Origin: Rhodoluna sp. | Lineage (GTDB): Bacteria > Actinomycetota > Actinomycetes > Actinomycetales > Microbacteriaceae | Direction: 5' to 3' | Assembly: GCF_024641065.1 (NCBI RefSeq) | Contig: NZ_JAHEDV010000005.1 | Location: forward strand, 8,744-72,743 | DNA length: 64,000 bases | Part shown: positions 8,650-16,570 of the stretch, piece by piece | Numbering within the stretch: the first letter of the stretch is position 1 | How the letters are laid out: each line of letters begins with the position of its first letter | Program-made: the position numbers and the translations under genes | Notes under the pieces: model-generated | What the model was told of the DNA's origin: nothing | What the model saw: only the letters and a program-made list of their open reading frames with translations | Databases searched by the model: none

Positions 8650-9611
8650 TCAGAGTTTCGCGCCGCATGGTGGTTTTGGCCGCCGCAGCTTTCGGCTTGT
8701 ATCCGGTATTTCTTGCGCTGGTTGGCCTCGAAGATTACAGTTCATCGTTTGAAATTTTTGTCGCCATGGCAATCTATGTGGTGTGCATCGTTGCATCGGT
8801 AGTGCTCTACGAAAGTGTTGAATTGCCGATTTGGCAAGCAAGAGCAAACGTGGTTGCCTCGGCTGCTGTTCCAGCGCTCGTGCTTGCCAAACTCGACGTT
8901 TCGCACGTTGGCACCTATGCCACTTGGTTCGTGGGCGCTATTGCAAGCCTCGGCGCCGCCACGGCATTTAGGGGTCGCACCCATCACGCGGTTTTGATGG
9001 TGATTTCTGTAACGCTTCAGGTGGTCATGTGGGGTGGGCCGAGCGCTATCAACAGCACCGGTATCTTTGGTGCGATTATTTTCGTAGTGGTCGGATCGTT
9101 GATGTCTCGAGGAGTTTTGGGCGCCATGAAGGCCACCGAAGAAGCTCAGGCCAAAACTTTGGCTATCGTCACAAAAACCGCATTTGTTACTGCAGCCCGC
9201 GACGAACACAAAAAACGTATTGCTGCAGCACTTGCCACCGCTTTGCCAGCGCTTGGGCAGCTGGCGCGACTTGAAAATCCTTTGGATTCTGCGGACCAAA
9301 AGAAGATGTTTTTGCTCGAATCGGCATTACGAGATGAGATTCGCGGCCGCGGCCTGATGAACGATCGAATTCGCGAGGCGGTAACCGCCGCCCGAAATCG
9401 TGGCATTGAAGTCATGGTGCTCGATGAAGGCGGTCTTGATTCAGCAACAGCTGATGAAATCGCCGAGCTACTTGACCAGGTGGCAACTGCCATGGATGGC
9501 GTAGCCGAGGGGCGCATAACGCTCAGGGCTCCCGCAGGTGAAACCTGGCGCATAACTTTGGTAGCCACCCGACCTGGCGTTGCTACACCCGATTTGTGGC
9601 TCAAGCTCTGA
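8646..9611 (+). CDS. Membrane protein with 5-6 TM helices and a cytoplasmic kinase-like C-terminal region lacking an H box (possible pseudokinase / accessory component)
   Basis: Its ATG 8646 overlaps the kinase stop (ATGA). Hydrophobic N-terminal half. The C-terminal half reads DEHKKRIAAALATALP where an H box would lie, then VLDEGGLDS and RITLRAPAGETWRITLVATRPG. No family recognised with certainty. Confidence 0.6.
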   Translation: MIRVSRRMVVLAAAAFGLYPVFLALVGLEDYSSSFEIFVAMAIYVVCIVASVVLYESVELPIWQARANVVASAAVPALVLAKLDVSHVGTYATWFVGAIASLGAATAFRGRTHHAVLMVISVTLQVVMWGGPSAINSTGIFGAIIFVVVGSLMSRGVLGAMKATEEAQAKTLAIVTKTAFVTAARDEHKKRIAAALATALPALGQLARLENPLDSADQKKMFLLESALRDEIRGRGLMNDRIREAVTAARNRGIEVMVLDEGGLDSATADEIAELLDQVATAMDGVAEGRITLRAPAGETWRITLVATRPGVATPDLWLKL

Positions 9612-9634
9612 TCTGCGCTTTGTCGCTTAAATAA

Positions 9635-9670
9635 GAAAAGACGAATCTTTCGATTCGCCTTTTCTTTCCC
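9635..9670 (+). terminator. Intrinsic terminator after the 8646..9611 gene
   Basis: Stem GAAAAGACGAATC / GATTCGCCTTTTC (13 bp, one mismatch), loop TTTC, followed by TTTCCCC. The A-run on the 5' side makes it potentially bidirectional. Confidence 0.7.
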
Positions 9671-9777
9671 CAATCAGGTTTATCGCCTGACCCCAAGGTC
9701 TTTGGTCATTCCCCTGAATTGGACCGAAACCTTATGTTTCAAGTATGGATTGTCTGATGGGAGACCGCGAGCGATTT

Positions 9778-9801
9778 GCTGTCCCCTCTTATGGGGACAG
9801 C
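9778..9801 (-). terminator. Stem-loop immediately downstream of accE (possible terminator without a U-tract)
   Basis: Perfect 9-bp stem GCTGTCCCC / GGGGACAGC with a 6-nt loop, 10 nt beyond the accE stop. No clear T-run on either strand. Confidence 0.45.
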
Positions 9802-9810
9802 AATAACGGT

Positions 9811-10071
9811 TTAGTTAAGGCCCGAACGATACACGCCGCGCCATTGACCCGGCCCAGGCGTGATCGGGTGCCGCAGTTGAGCAACGTTGCGAGACCACGA
9901 TGACTGAAGCGGTCGTTCATAACCGGTTGCTGTTGCTGCTTCTTCGGCGTGCACGGCCTCAAGCACTGCAATTACTGTGGCTAGCTCTTCAGCGGTCGGG
10001 GCGCCAGAAACTACCTGCAAGGCATCTTGCAGTTCGTGAGGCCCGCCTTCGGCGCTGTGTTTGCCGCTCAT
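9811..10071 (-). CDS. accE: Acyl-CoA carboxylase epsilon subunit
   Basis: 86-aa Ala/Glu-rich ORF (LQVVSGAPTAEELATVIAVLEAVHAEE...). It is coupled to the carboxyltransferase gene by a TAATG overlap, the typical AccD5-AccE5 arrangement. Confidence 0.8.
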   Translation of the reverse strand: MSGKHSAEGGPHELQDALQVVSGAPTAEELATVIAVLEAVHAEEAATATGYERPLQSSWSRNVAQLRHPITPGPGQWRGVYRSGLN

Positions 10072-11690
10072 TACAGTGGAATGTTTCCGTGCTTCTTAGG
10101 TGGCAAGTTTGAGCGCTTGGTGCGAAGTGCACGCAGTGCCTTAATTACCTGGATGCGAGTTGCTGACGGCTCGATGATTCCGTCGAGCTCACCGCGCTCG
10201 GCAGCTAAGAATGGTGAGGCCACGTTGTAGGTGTACTCAGCCGCAAGCTTGGTGCGCACGGCTGCGACATCCATGCCGGCTTCTTCGGCTTTTTTAATCT
10301 GGTCGCGGAACAGGATGTTGACTGCGCCCTGACCACCCATAACGGCGATTTCTGCAGTTGGCCAAGCAAGGTTGATGTCAGCACCAAGCTGCTTCGAGCC
10401 CATAACGATGTATGCGCCTCCGTAGGCCTTGCGGGTGATCACGGTTACCAAAGGAACAGTTGCTTCGGCGTAGGCGTAGAGCAGCTTGGCTCCGCGACGA
10501 ATAACGCCGGCCCATTCTTGGTCGGTGCCCGGAAGGTAACCAGGAACGTCGACCAAGGTAAGAATCGGAATCGAGAAGGCGTCGCAGAATCGAACGAAAC
10601 GAGCTGCTTTTTCGCCGGCCTCAATGTTTAGGGTTCCGGCCATAGCCTGAGGCTGGTTAGCCACAATGCCAACGCTTCGACCATCAACACGAGCAAACCC
10701 AATGAGAATGTTCGGAGCAAATAGTGGCTGAACCTCTAGGAACTCGCCACCATCGACAATGCCCTCAATGACTGTGTGCATGTCATAAGGCTGGTTTGGT
10801 GAGTCAGGGATGATGGTGTCAAGCGCGCGGTCTGCATCGGTGACTTCTAGTTCACCTTCGGGTGCGTAGACCACGGTTTCAGACAAGTTGTTCTCAGGAA
10901 GGTAGCTGAGCAATGCGCGGGCGTAATCAATCGCGTCAGACTCGTCTTCGGCTAGATAGTGAGCAACACCTGATCGCTCGTTGTGGGTGCGTGCGCCACC
11001 AAGCTCCTCCATGCCAACGTCTTCGCCAGTAACGGTCTTGATGACATCTGGGCCGGTTACGAACATGTTTGAGGTCTTGTCGACCATGATTACAAAGTCA
11101 GTCAGAGCAGGTGAGTAAACCGCACCGCCGGCAGCCGGGCCCATGATGATCGAGATCTGAGGGATCACACCCGAAGCCATGGTGTTGCGCTTGAAAATCT
11201 CACCGTACTTGCCAAGAGCGATTACACCCTCTTGGATGCGGGCGCCTCCCGAGTCAAGGATTCCGATCATTGGCACACCGGTTGCAATAGCAAGGTCCAT
11301 GATCTTGATGATCTTGTTGCCGGCAGCCTCGCCGAGTGAGCCACCAAAAATTGTGAAGTCTTGTGAGAAGAGTGCAACCTGGCGACCATTAATGGTGCCA
11401 ACGCCGGTAACAACTGCGTCACCGTATGGACGGTTTTTATCCATGCCGAAAGCGGTTGAGCGGTGGCGAACATATTCATCAAGCTCAACGAACGAGCCCG
11501 GGTCGAGCAGCATCTCAATGCGCTCGCGGGCGGTGTTCTTGCCCTTAGCGTGCTGCTTGGCAATTGCGTTCTCGCCCGCGGCAGTAACTGCCTCGTGGTA
11601 GCGGGTGCGTAGGTCTTCTAGTTTGCCCTTGGTGGTAGCAATGTCTGGGTTGAGACGAATTGCACTCGTGAAGGTGTTCTCAAAACTCAT
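10071..11690 (-). CDS. accD: Acyl-CoA carboxylase beta subunit (carboxyltransferase, AccD5/PccB-like)
   Basis: About 540 aa with the tandem carboxyltransferase domains ([35 protein letters not shown]). The start is ATG 11690 or GTG 11699. Confidence 0.93.
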   Translation of the reverse strand: MSFENTFTSAIRLNPDIATTKGKLEDLRTRYHEAVTAAGENAIAKQHAKGKNTARERIEMLLDPGSFVELDEYVRHRSTAFGMDKNRPYGDAVVTGVGTINGRQVALFSQDFTIFGGSLGEAAGNKIIKIMDLAIATGVPMIGILDSGGARIQEGVIALGKYGEIFKRNTMASGVIPQISIIMGPAAGGAVYSPALTDFVIMVDKTSNMFVTGPDVIKTVTGEDVGMEELGGARTHNERSGVAHYLAEDESDAIDYARALLSYLPENNLSETVVYAPEGELEVTDADRALDTIIPDSPNQPYDMHTVIEGIVDGGEFLEVQPLFAPNILIGFARVDGRSVGIVANQPQAMAGTLNIEAGEKAARFVRFCDAFSIPILTLVDVPGYLPGTDQEWAGVIRRGAKLLYAYAEATVPLVTVITRKAYGGAYIVMGSKQLGADINLAWPTAEIAVMGGQGAVNILFRDQIKKAEEAGMDVAAVRTKLAAEYTYNVASPFLAAERGELDGIIEPSATRIQVIKALRALRTKRSNLPPKKHGNIPL

Positions 11691-11792
11691 AAAACACACT
11701 CTAGTTTGAAGTTGGCTTGAATCCTTTGAAGGTTTGCTACTGCGAATTGCAGAAATGGCTGTGCAAAATCTACAGAGACTAACCTAGAAGAC

Positions 11793-12566
11793 ATGGATTT
11801 TGCTCGCAGTCGCCAAGAATCGGCTCATTTTGAATATGTTGCCGAAACGGGATCAACCAATACTGATCTGATTACAACAGCCGCGAGCCTTCCTGATTTT
11901 TCAGTTCGCGTGGCTGGCTACCAGAATGCTGGTCGCGGCCGTTCGGGCAGACAGTGGTTGGCTCCTGAGGGTAGTTCACTGTTCGTTTCAATTTTGCTCA
12001 AGCCAACCGGAATGTCGGCCTCAAAGTTTTCTTGGCTGCCGCTAATTGCCGGTCTTGCGATGACCGAGGCGGTCTCTGATCTGATCGCTCCAACCAAGCC
12101 AACCCTCAAATGGCCCAACGATGTTTTGATCAACGAACGCAAAATTTCTGGAATTCTTAGCGAATTAGTGCCAGATCTAAGCGGTGTAGTGGTCGGTGCC
12201 GGACTCAATGTTTTGCAGACTCAAGAAGAACTTCCGATCGAGAATGCGACATCCTTGGCCATTGAAAAGGCGCACACTTTGAACCTGGATGAAGTTCTGG
12301 CTCGTTACTTGGTGAACTTCAAGAGTCATTATTCGAGATTTGTTGGTGCCTCTGGCGACGCGGTCAAGAGCGGAATTCGCTTTAGTGTGATCGAGACCTG
12401 CGGAACCCTGAACCGCAAGGTTAGGGCCATTTTGCCGGGTGATTCAGAGGTGATTGGCGAGGCGGTTGGCATCGATGACAGTGGCCGTTTGATTTTGTTG
12501 CCAGACGGTGCAAATCAGGTAATGCCAGTGGCTGCTGGCGATATCGTTCACTTGAGACACAATTAG
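11793..12566 (+). CDS. birA: Biotin--[acetyl-CoA-carboxylase] ligase (no N-terminal HTH)
   Basis: GRGRSGRQW biotin-binding loop, KWPNDVL, KISGIL. It is divergent from accD as in other actinobacteria. Confidence 0.9.
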   Translation: MDFARSRQESAHFEYVAETGSTNTDLITTAASLPDFSVRVAGYQNAGRGRSGRQWLAPEGSSLFVSILLKPTGMSASKFSWLPLIAGLAMTEAVSDLIAPTKPTLKWPNDVLINERKISGILSELVPDLSGVVVGAGLNVLQTQEELPIENATSLAIEKAHTLNLDEVLARYLVNFKSHYSRFVGASGDAVKSGIRFSVIETCGTLNRKVRAILPGDSEVIGEAVGIDDSGRLILLPDGANQVMPVAAGDIVHLRHN

Positions 12567-12570
12567 AACA

Positions 12571-12999
12571 ATGACTTTTTTTGCAGAACAACGAATTGCT
12601 AAGTTGCGCCCTCGTGGTGGCAAGTTGTTCGTACCCACGGCCATTTTGGGGCTCGACGCCGCGGTTTTCGCATTCTTGGCTAATAGATTCAGCGAGCAGT
12701 GGCAGCTGATCAGCGAATACGCAATTTTGGGTGCGGTCGCATTTCTATTTTGGTTAGTTCCTGTTCTTCGCTACCTGAGCACTTATCTCGAGGTCACCAC
12801 CTCAAGAGTGATCTACCGCTCGGGTCTGATGGGGCAAAAACGATTCGAGGTCAGCCTCAGCCAGATTACTCAGGTTGAGTTAGCCAAGGGAAGGGCCTTC
12901 ACGATCTTCACCAAGGATGGCCGCACAGAAACCGTGGTTGATATGCCCAAAGCCAAGATGATTGCTGTAGAAATTGACCGCCTAGCTGCGTCAATATAG
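12571..12999 (+). CDS. Membrane protein with a bacterial PH (YdbS/YdbT-like) domain
   Basis: Two TM helices followed by YLEVTTSRVIYRSGLMGQKRFEVSLSQITQVE, typical of bPH_2 proteins. It has the conserved position between birA and purK. Confidence 0.7.
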   Translation: MTFFAEQRIAKLRPRGGKLFVPTAILGLDAAVFAFLANRFSEQWQLISEYAILGAVAFLFWLVPVLRYLSTYLEVTTSRVIYRSGLMGQKRFEVSLSQITQVELAKGRAFTIFTKDGRTETVVDMPKAKMIAVEIDRLAASI

Positions 13000-13021
13000 A
13001 ACCAAAGGGATTGGAATCGGA

Positions 13022-14158
13022 ATGACTGAACTGCGCCTAGGCGTTATTGGTGGCGGCCAGCTTGCCCGAATGATGACCCCGCCGGCCATCAACCTTGGTA
13101 TCAACATCAAGGTGTTGGCTGAAGCCGAGGGTTCGTCTGCAGCTCTTGCAACCACCCAGGTGGGCGACTACAACCAGCTATCTGTGGTTCGTGAATTCGC
13201 TAAGACCGTTGATGTAATCACCTTTGATCACGAGCATGTTCCGCTTGCTGTGCTCGAGGCGCTAGAGGCAGAAGGCGTATCGGTGCAACCGCCAAGCAAA
13301 GCACTTGCGTTTGCTCAGAATAAATTGAGCATGAGAAAGCGCCTTGGTGCATTGGGTATGCCAATGCCTGACTGGGCTGAGATTCAAGATGCCGCAACAC
13401 TTAGTGCTTTTATTGAGGCCCACGATGGCGTAGCAATTTTGAAGACTCCGATTGGCGGCTACGACGGCAAGGGCGTTCGAGTTGTTCGTTCGGCCGAGGA
13501 TGCAGCCGACTGGTTGGCTAATCTGGCTAATTTTGGTGGCAGTTTGCTGGCTGAAGAAAAAGTTGACTTTGTTCGTGAGCTAGCGCAGCTGAGTGCGCGC
13601 AGGCCATCAGGAGAATTTCTCGCTTGGCCGCTGGTTGAGACACAGCAAGAAAATGGTGTCTGCTCGGTGGTCTTGGCCCCTGCGCCTGAGGTTTCAAAGG
13701 CAACACTCGACACAACTGCTGAGATTGCAAAGGCAGTGGCAGAAGGCCTCGGCGTCACCGGAGTGCTTTCAGTTGAAATGTTTGAAGCACGCGATGGCAG
13801 AATTCTCATCAATGAGTTGGCAATGCGCCCGCATAACTCAGGCCATTTCAGCATTGAGGGTTCGGTTACCAGCCAATTCGAACAGCACATCCGAGCGGTT
13901 CTAGATTTGCCACTTGGTTCAACCCAGCCACATGCCAAGCACGCGGTGATGGTGAACCTTTTGGGTGTCGACGACAAGAATGACTTCATTCAGGCCTACG
14001 GATCTGCCCTTGCGGCTCACCCCGAAGCTAAGGTACACACCTACGGCAAGTCGGCTCGAGCCGGCCGCAAGATGGGCCACGTCACCGTAATTGGCGATTC
14101 TGCTGCGCACGCGCTCGCCGAAGCCAAAGGTGCTGCAGCCGTTTTGCTACGGGGATAA
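13022..14158 (+). CDS. purK: 5-(carboxyamino)imidazole ribonucleotide synthase
   Basis: ATP-grasp protein ([31 protein letters not shown]) immediately upstream of purE. Confidence 0.93.
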   Translation: MTELRLGVIGGGQLARMMTPPAINLGINIKVLAEAEGSSAALATTQVGDYNQLSVVREFAKTVDVITFDHEHVPLAVLEALEAEGVSVQPPSKALAFAQNKLSMRKRLGALGMPMPDWAEIQDAATLSAFIEAHDGVAILKTPIGGYDGKGVRVVRSAEDAADWLANLANFGGSLLAEEKVDFVRELAQLSARRPSGEFLAWPLVETQQENGVCSVVLAPAPEVSKATLDTTAEIAKAVAEGLGVTGVLSVEMFEARDGRILINELAMRPHNSGHFSIEGSVTSQFEQHIRAVLDLPLGSTQPHAKHAVMVNLLGVDDKNDFIQAYGSALAAHPEAKVHTYGKSARAGRKMGHVTVIGDSAAHALAEAKGAAAVLLRG

Positions 14159-14208
14159 ATCACCCCCATTCGGTAAAATTTAGGGGTCGCCGAATCGCTA
14201 GGAGCCCC

Positions 14209-14718
14209 ATGTCTGCATCATCTTCAGTACAACCAATCGTTGGTGTTGTAATGGGTTCAGACTCAGACTGGTCGGTCATGTCTGACGCCGCTCAAATTCT
14301 TAAAGAGTTCGGCATCGCTTTTGAGGTTGAAGTGCTCTCGGCTCACCGCACTCCAGAAAAGATGATCGAGTGGGGTAAGGCAGCTGCCGGTCGCGGAATC
14401 AAAGTCATTATTGCCGGTGCCGGTGGCGCAGCTCACCTGCCTGGAATGTTGGCTTCGGTCACTACCCTTCCGGTTATTGGAGTGCCAGTTGCGTTGGCAA
14501 AGCTTGATGGCATGGATTCACTGCTATCGATCGTTCAGATGCCTGCCGGTATTCCAGTAGCAACAGTTTCAATCGGCGGCGCCAAGAACGCCGGAATTTT
14601 GGCCGCACGAATTATCGGTGCGTTTGATCCAGAAATCTCAGATGCCATGGCTACCTTTAGCGAGGACCTAAAGCACCAGGTTGCTGAGAAGAATGCGAAG
14701 CTAAAATCTCAAATCTGA
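14209..14718 (+). CDS. purE: N5-carboxyaminoimidazole ribonucleotide mutase
   Basis: [17 protein letters not shown] and [10 protein letters not shown] motifs. Confidence 0.95.
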   Translation: MSASSSVQPIVGVVMGSDSDWSVMSDAAQILKEFGIAFEVEVLSAHRTPEKMIEWGKAAAGRGIKVIIAGAGGAAHLPGMLASVTTLPVIGVPVALAKLDGMDSLLSIVQMPAGIPVATVSIGGAKNAGILAARIIGAFDPEISDAMATFSEDLKHQVAEKNAKLKSQI

Positions 14719-14798
14719 ACCAAAGGCTGAGTCAGAGAAATGCGCAACCGCGTTCCGCCAGCCCATTCAAGAACTTAGATCGAGCCACCCCCGAGCAG

Positions 14799-16088
14799 AT
14801 GAATCGCCGGGCCTGGTGGCTAATTGTGCTTGCTCTCATTGTTCCTGGATCAGCGCAACTCGTTGCCGGAAACCGAAAGCTCGCGCGCTTTGGTTTGACC
14901 GCGACTCTAAGCCTCTGGGCCTTGGGGCTCTTGCTTCTCATCCTTGGGCTAATCAATAAAACCTGGGTGCTTTGGCTGGCGACCGTGCCGTTTGTCATGG
15001 GTTTGTTCGCTGTAATTCTTTTTGCCTATGCTGCAATCTTTGCCGTGCTGACTCTGGATGCCCTCCGCCTACTTAAGTTAGGCCGCCTCTACAGTCGAGA
15101 ACGCTGGATAGCCCTTGCAGCAATTCTTCTAACCGCCTCCCTTGGAACTTCAGGGCTTGCCTACGCGGGCAACCTTGCTGGAGTCCAGTCAAATTTGATT
15201 GGCACGATTTTCAATCAGGGCGGATTAACCACTCCGGTGGATGGCCGCTTCAACATCATGCTTCTTGGTGCCGATGCCGGAGCTGACCGTTTCGGAATTC
15301 GCCCTGACAGTATTTCGGTGATCAGCATCGACGCCGAGACTGGTGACGCCATTAACGTCGGCATTCCGCGCAACATGCAGCACGTGAGTTTTTCTGCAGG
15401 GTCGCCAATGCTTGAGGTTTATCCGAACGGTTGGGACTGCGGCCTGGAGTGTCTAATCAACGCCATTTACAAGGATGTTGAAGACAATCACGCTGACCTT
15501 TACCCGAATGCCACAAAGCAGGGTTCAACCCCCGGCACCGAGGCTACCCGGGATGCAGTTGAATGGGTCACCGGCTTAGAGATTCAGTCTTATGTGTTGG
15601 TAGACATGTCGGCATTCTCAACCTTGATTGATGCACTCGGCGGCATTGACATCAATGTGAAGCAGCGATTGCCAATCGGTGGACAAGCCGACGATCTCTC
15701 AGATGTAAAGGGCTGGATCGAAGTAGGGCAACAACACATGGATGGCTACCATGCCCTCTGGTATGCGCGTTCGCGTCACTCAACCAATGACTATGACCGC
15801 ATGCGTCGCCAGCACGAGGTCGAAGATGCGATGCTCGCACAGATGGACCCGAAGACGATTCTGACTAGGTTCCAAGAGATTGCCTCTGCTGGCAAAAAAT
15901 TGGTTCGCACCGATATTCCGAGCGGAATGCTGGCCAATTATCTTGATCTTGCAACCAAAGCCCGCGCGAAAGGCATTAAATCTGTGCCGATCGTGCCGCC
16001 TGACTTTGACATGATTCACCCAGATTTCACAGCAATTCGTGAAACGATTAAAACGGCAATGATTGTGACTCCAGAAAAGGAGCAGTAA
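14799..16088 (+). CDS. LCP (LytR-CpsA-Psr) family cell-wall glycopolymer transferase with an N-terminal multi-TM region
   Basis: N-terminal TM helices, then FNIMLLGADAG, RPDSISVISID, GYHALWYARSRH and DYDRMRRQ, typical of the LCP catalytic domain. Confidence 0.85.
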   Translation: MNRRAWWLIVLALIVPGSAQLVAGNRKLARFGLTATLSLWALGLLLLILGLINKTWVLWLATVPFVMGLFAVILFAYAAIFAVLTLDALRLLKLGRLYSRERWIALAAILLTASLGTSGLAYAGNLAGVQSNLIGTIFNQGGLTTPVDGRFNIMLLGADAGADRFGIRPDSISVISIDAETGDAINVGIPRNMQHVSFSAGSPMLEVYPNGWDCGLECLINAIYKDVEDNHADLYPNATKQGSTPGTEATRDAVEWVTGLEIQSYVLVDMSAFSTLIDALGGIDINVKQRLPIGGQADDLSDVKGWIEVGQQHMDGYHALWYARSRHSTNDYDRMRRQHEVEDAMLAQMDPKTILTRFQEIASAGKKLVRTDIPSGMLANYLDLATKARAKGIKSVPIVPPDFDMIHPDFTAIRETIKTAMIVTPEKEQ

Positions 16089-16570
16089 TGAAAAAGGTTT
16101 TAACCGCAGCTACTGCACTAGGCCTAGTTACCCTGCTGTCAGGTTGCGCCCTGCTATATCCAAATTGGGGAACCTCTGAGGGCCCGAGTGATTCGCAGAG
16201 CCCTTCGGCAAGTGCCACGGCGACGCCTTCTGAAACCCCAAGCGAATCTGCTTCCCCCTCACCTTCGGTTGACCTAAAGCCCGCAACTGTTTCATTCATC
16301 GACTATGGAACCGACGGCAGCTCGGTTTATGTGATTGCTGAGGTTACCAACGTTGCCGAAAACGGTGGCCAGTGCACCCTCAATTTTTCTAGTGGCAGCA
16401 CCAGCAAGACGCTGACTGTTAAGGCAGAAGAAAATGCCAGTTCAACTCAGTGCTACCCGATTTATTTGCCATTGACCGGATTACCGAAGGGCGCCGCCAA
16501 GCTGACGGTTAGCTATGCATCGCCTGGGTATTCGGTCTCATCGCAAACTGTTGAGGTCACAGTTCCCTAA
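16088..16570 (+). CDS. Lipoprotein of unknown function (Ser/Pro/Thr-rich linker + beta-rich domain)
   Basis: Signal peptide with lipobox LLSGC. Low-complexity SDSQSPSASATATPSETPSESASPSPS. TAATG overlaps on both sides (with the LCP and LysM genes). Confidence 0.7.
   Translation: MKKVLTAATALGLVTLLSGCALLYPNWGTSEGPSDSQSPSASATATPSETPSESASPSPSVDLKPATVSFIDYGTDGSSVYVIAEVTNVAENGGQCTLNFSSGSTSKTLTVKAEENASSTQCYPIYLPLTGLPKGAAKLTVSYASPGYSVSSQTVEVTVP

Noticed and set aside
9146-9673. 175-aa antisense ORF, plus similar long antisense ORFs (13459..13989, 36350..36832, 46353..46865, 47927..48460, 59886..60329, 8742..9299)
   Set aside because: Each lies entirely opposite a confidently identified gene. They have Arg/Ser/Ala/Pro-rich low-complexity translations typical of frame shadows in GC-biased coding DNA, and no motifs.
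9734-9757. 7-codon mini-ORF (MFQVWIV) in the 9612..9810 spacer as a leader peptide
   Set aside because: It has no SD, no regulatory-codon enrichment, and no downstream gene in the same orientation for it to attenuate.
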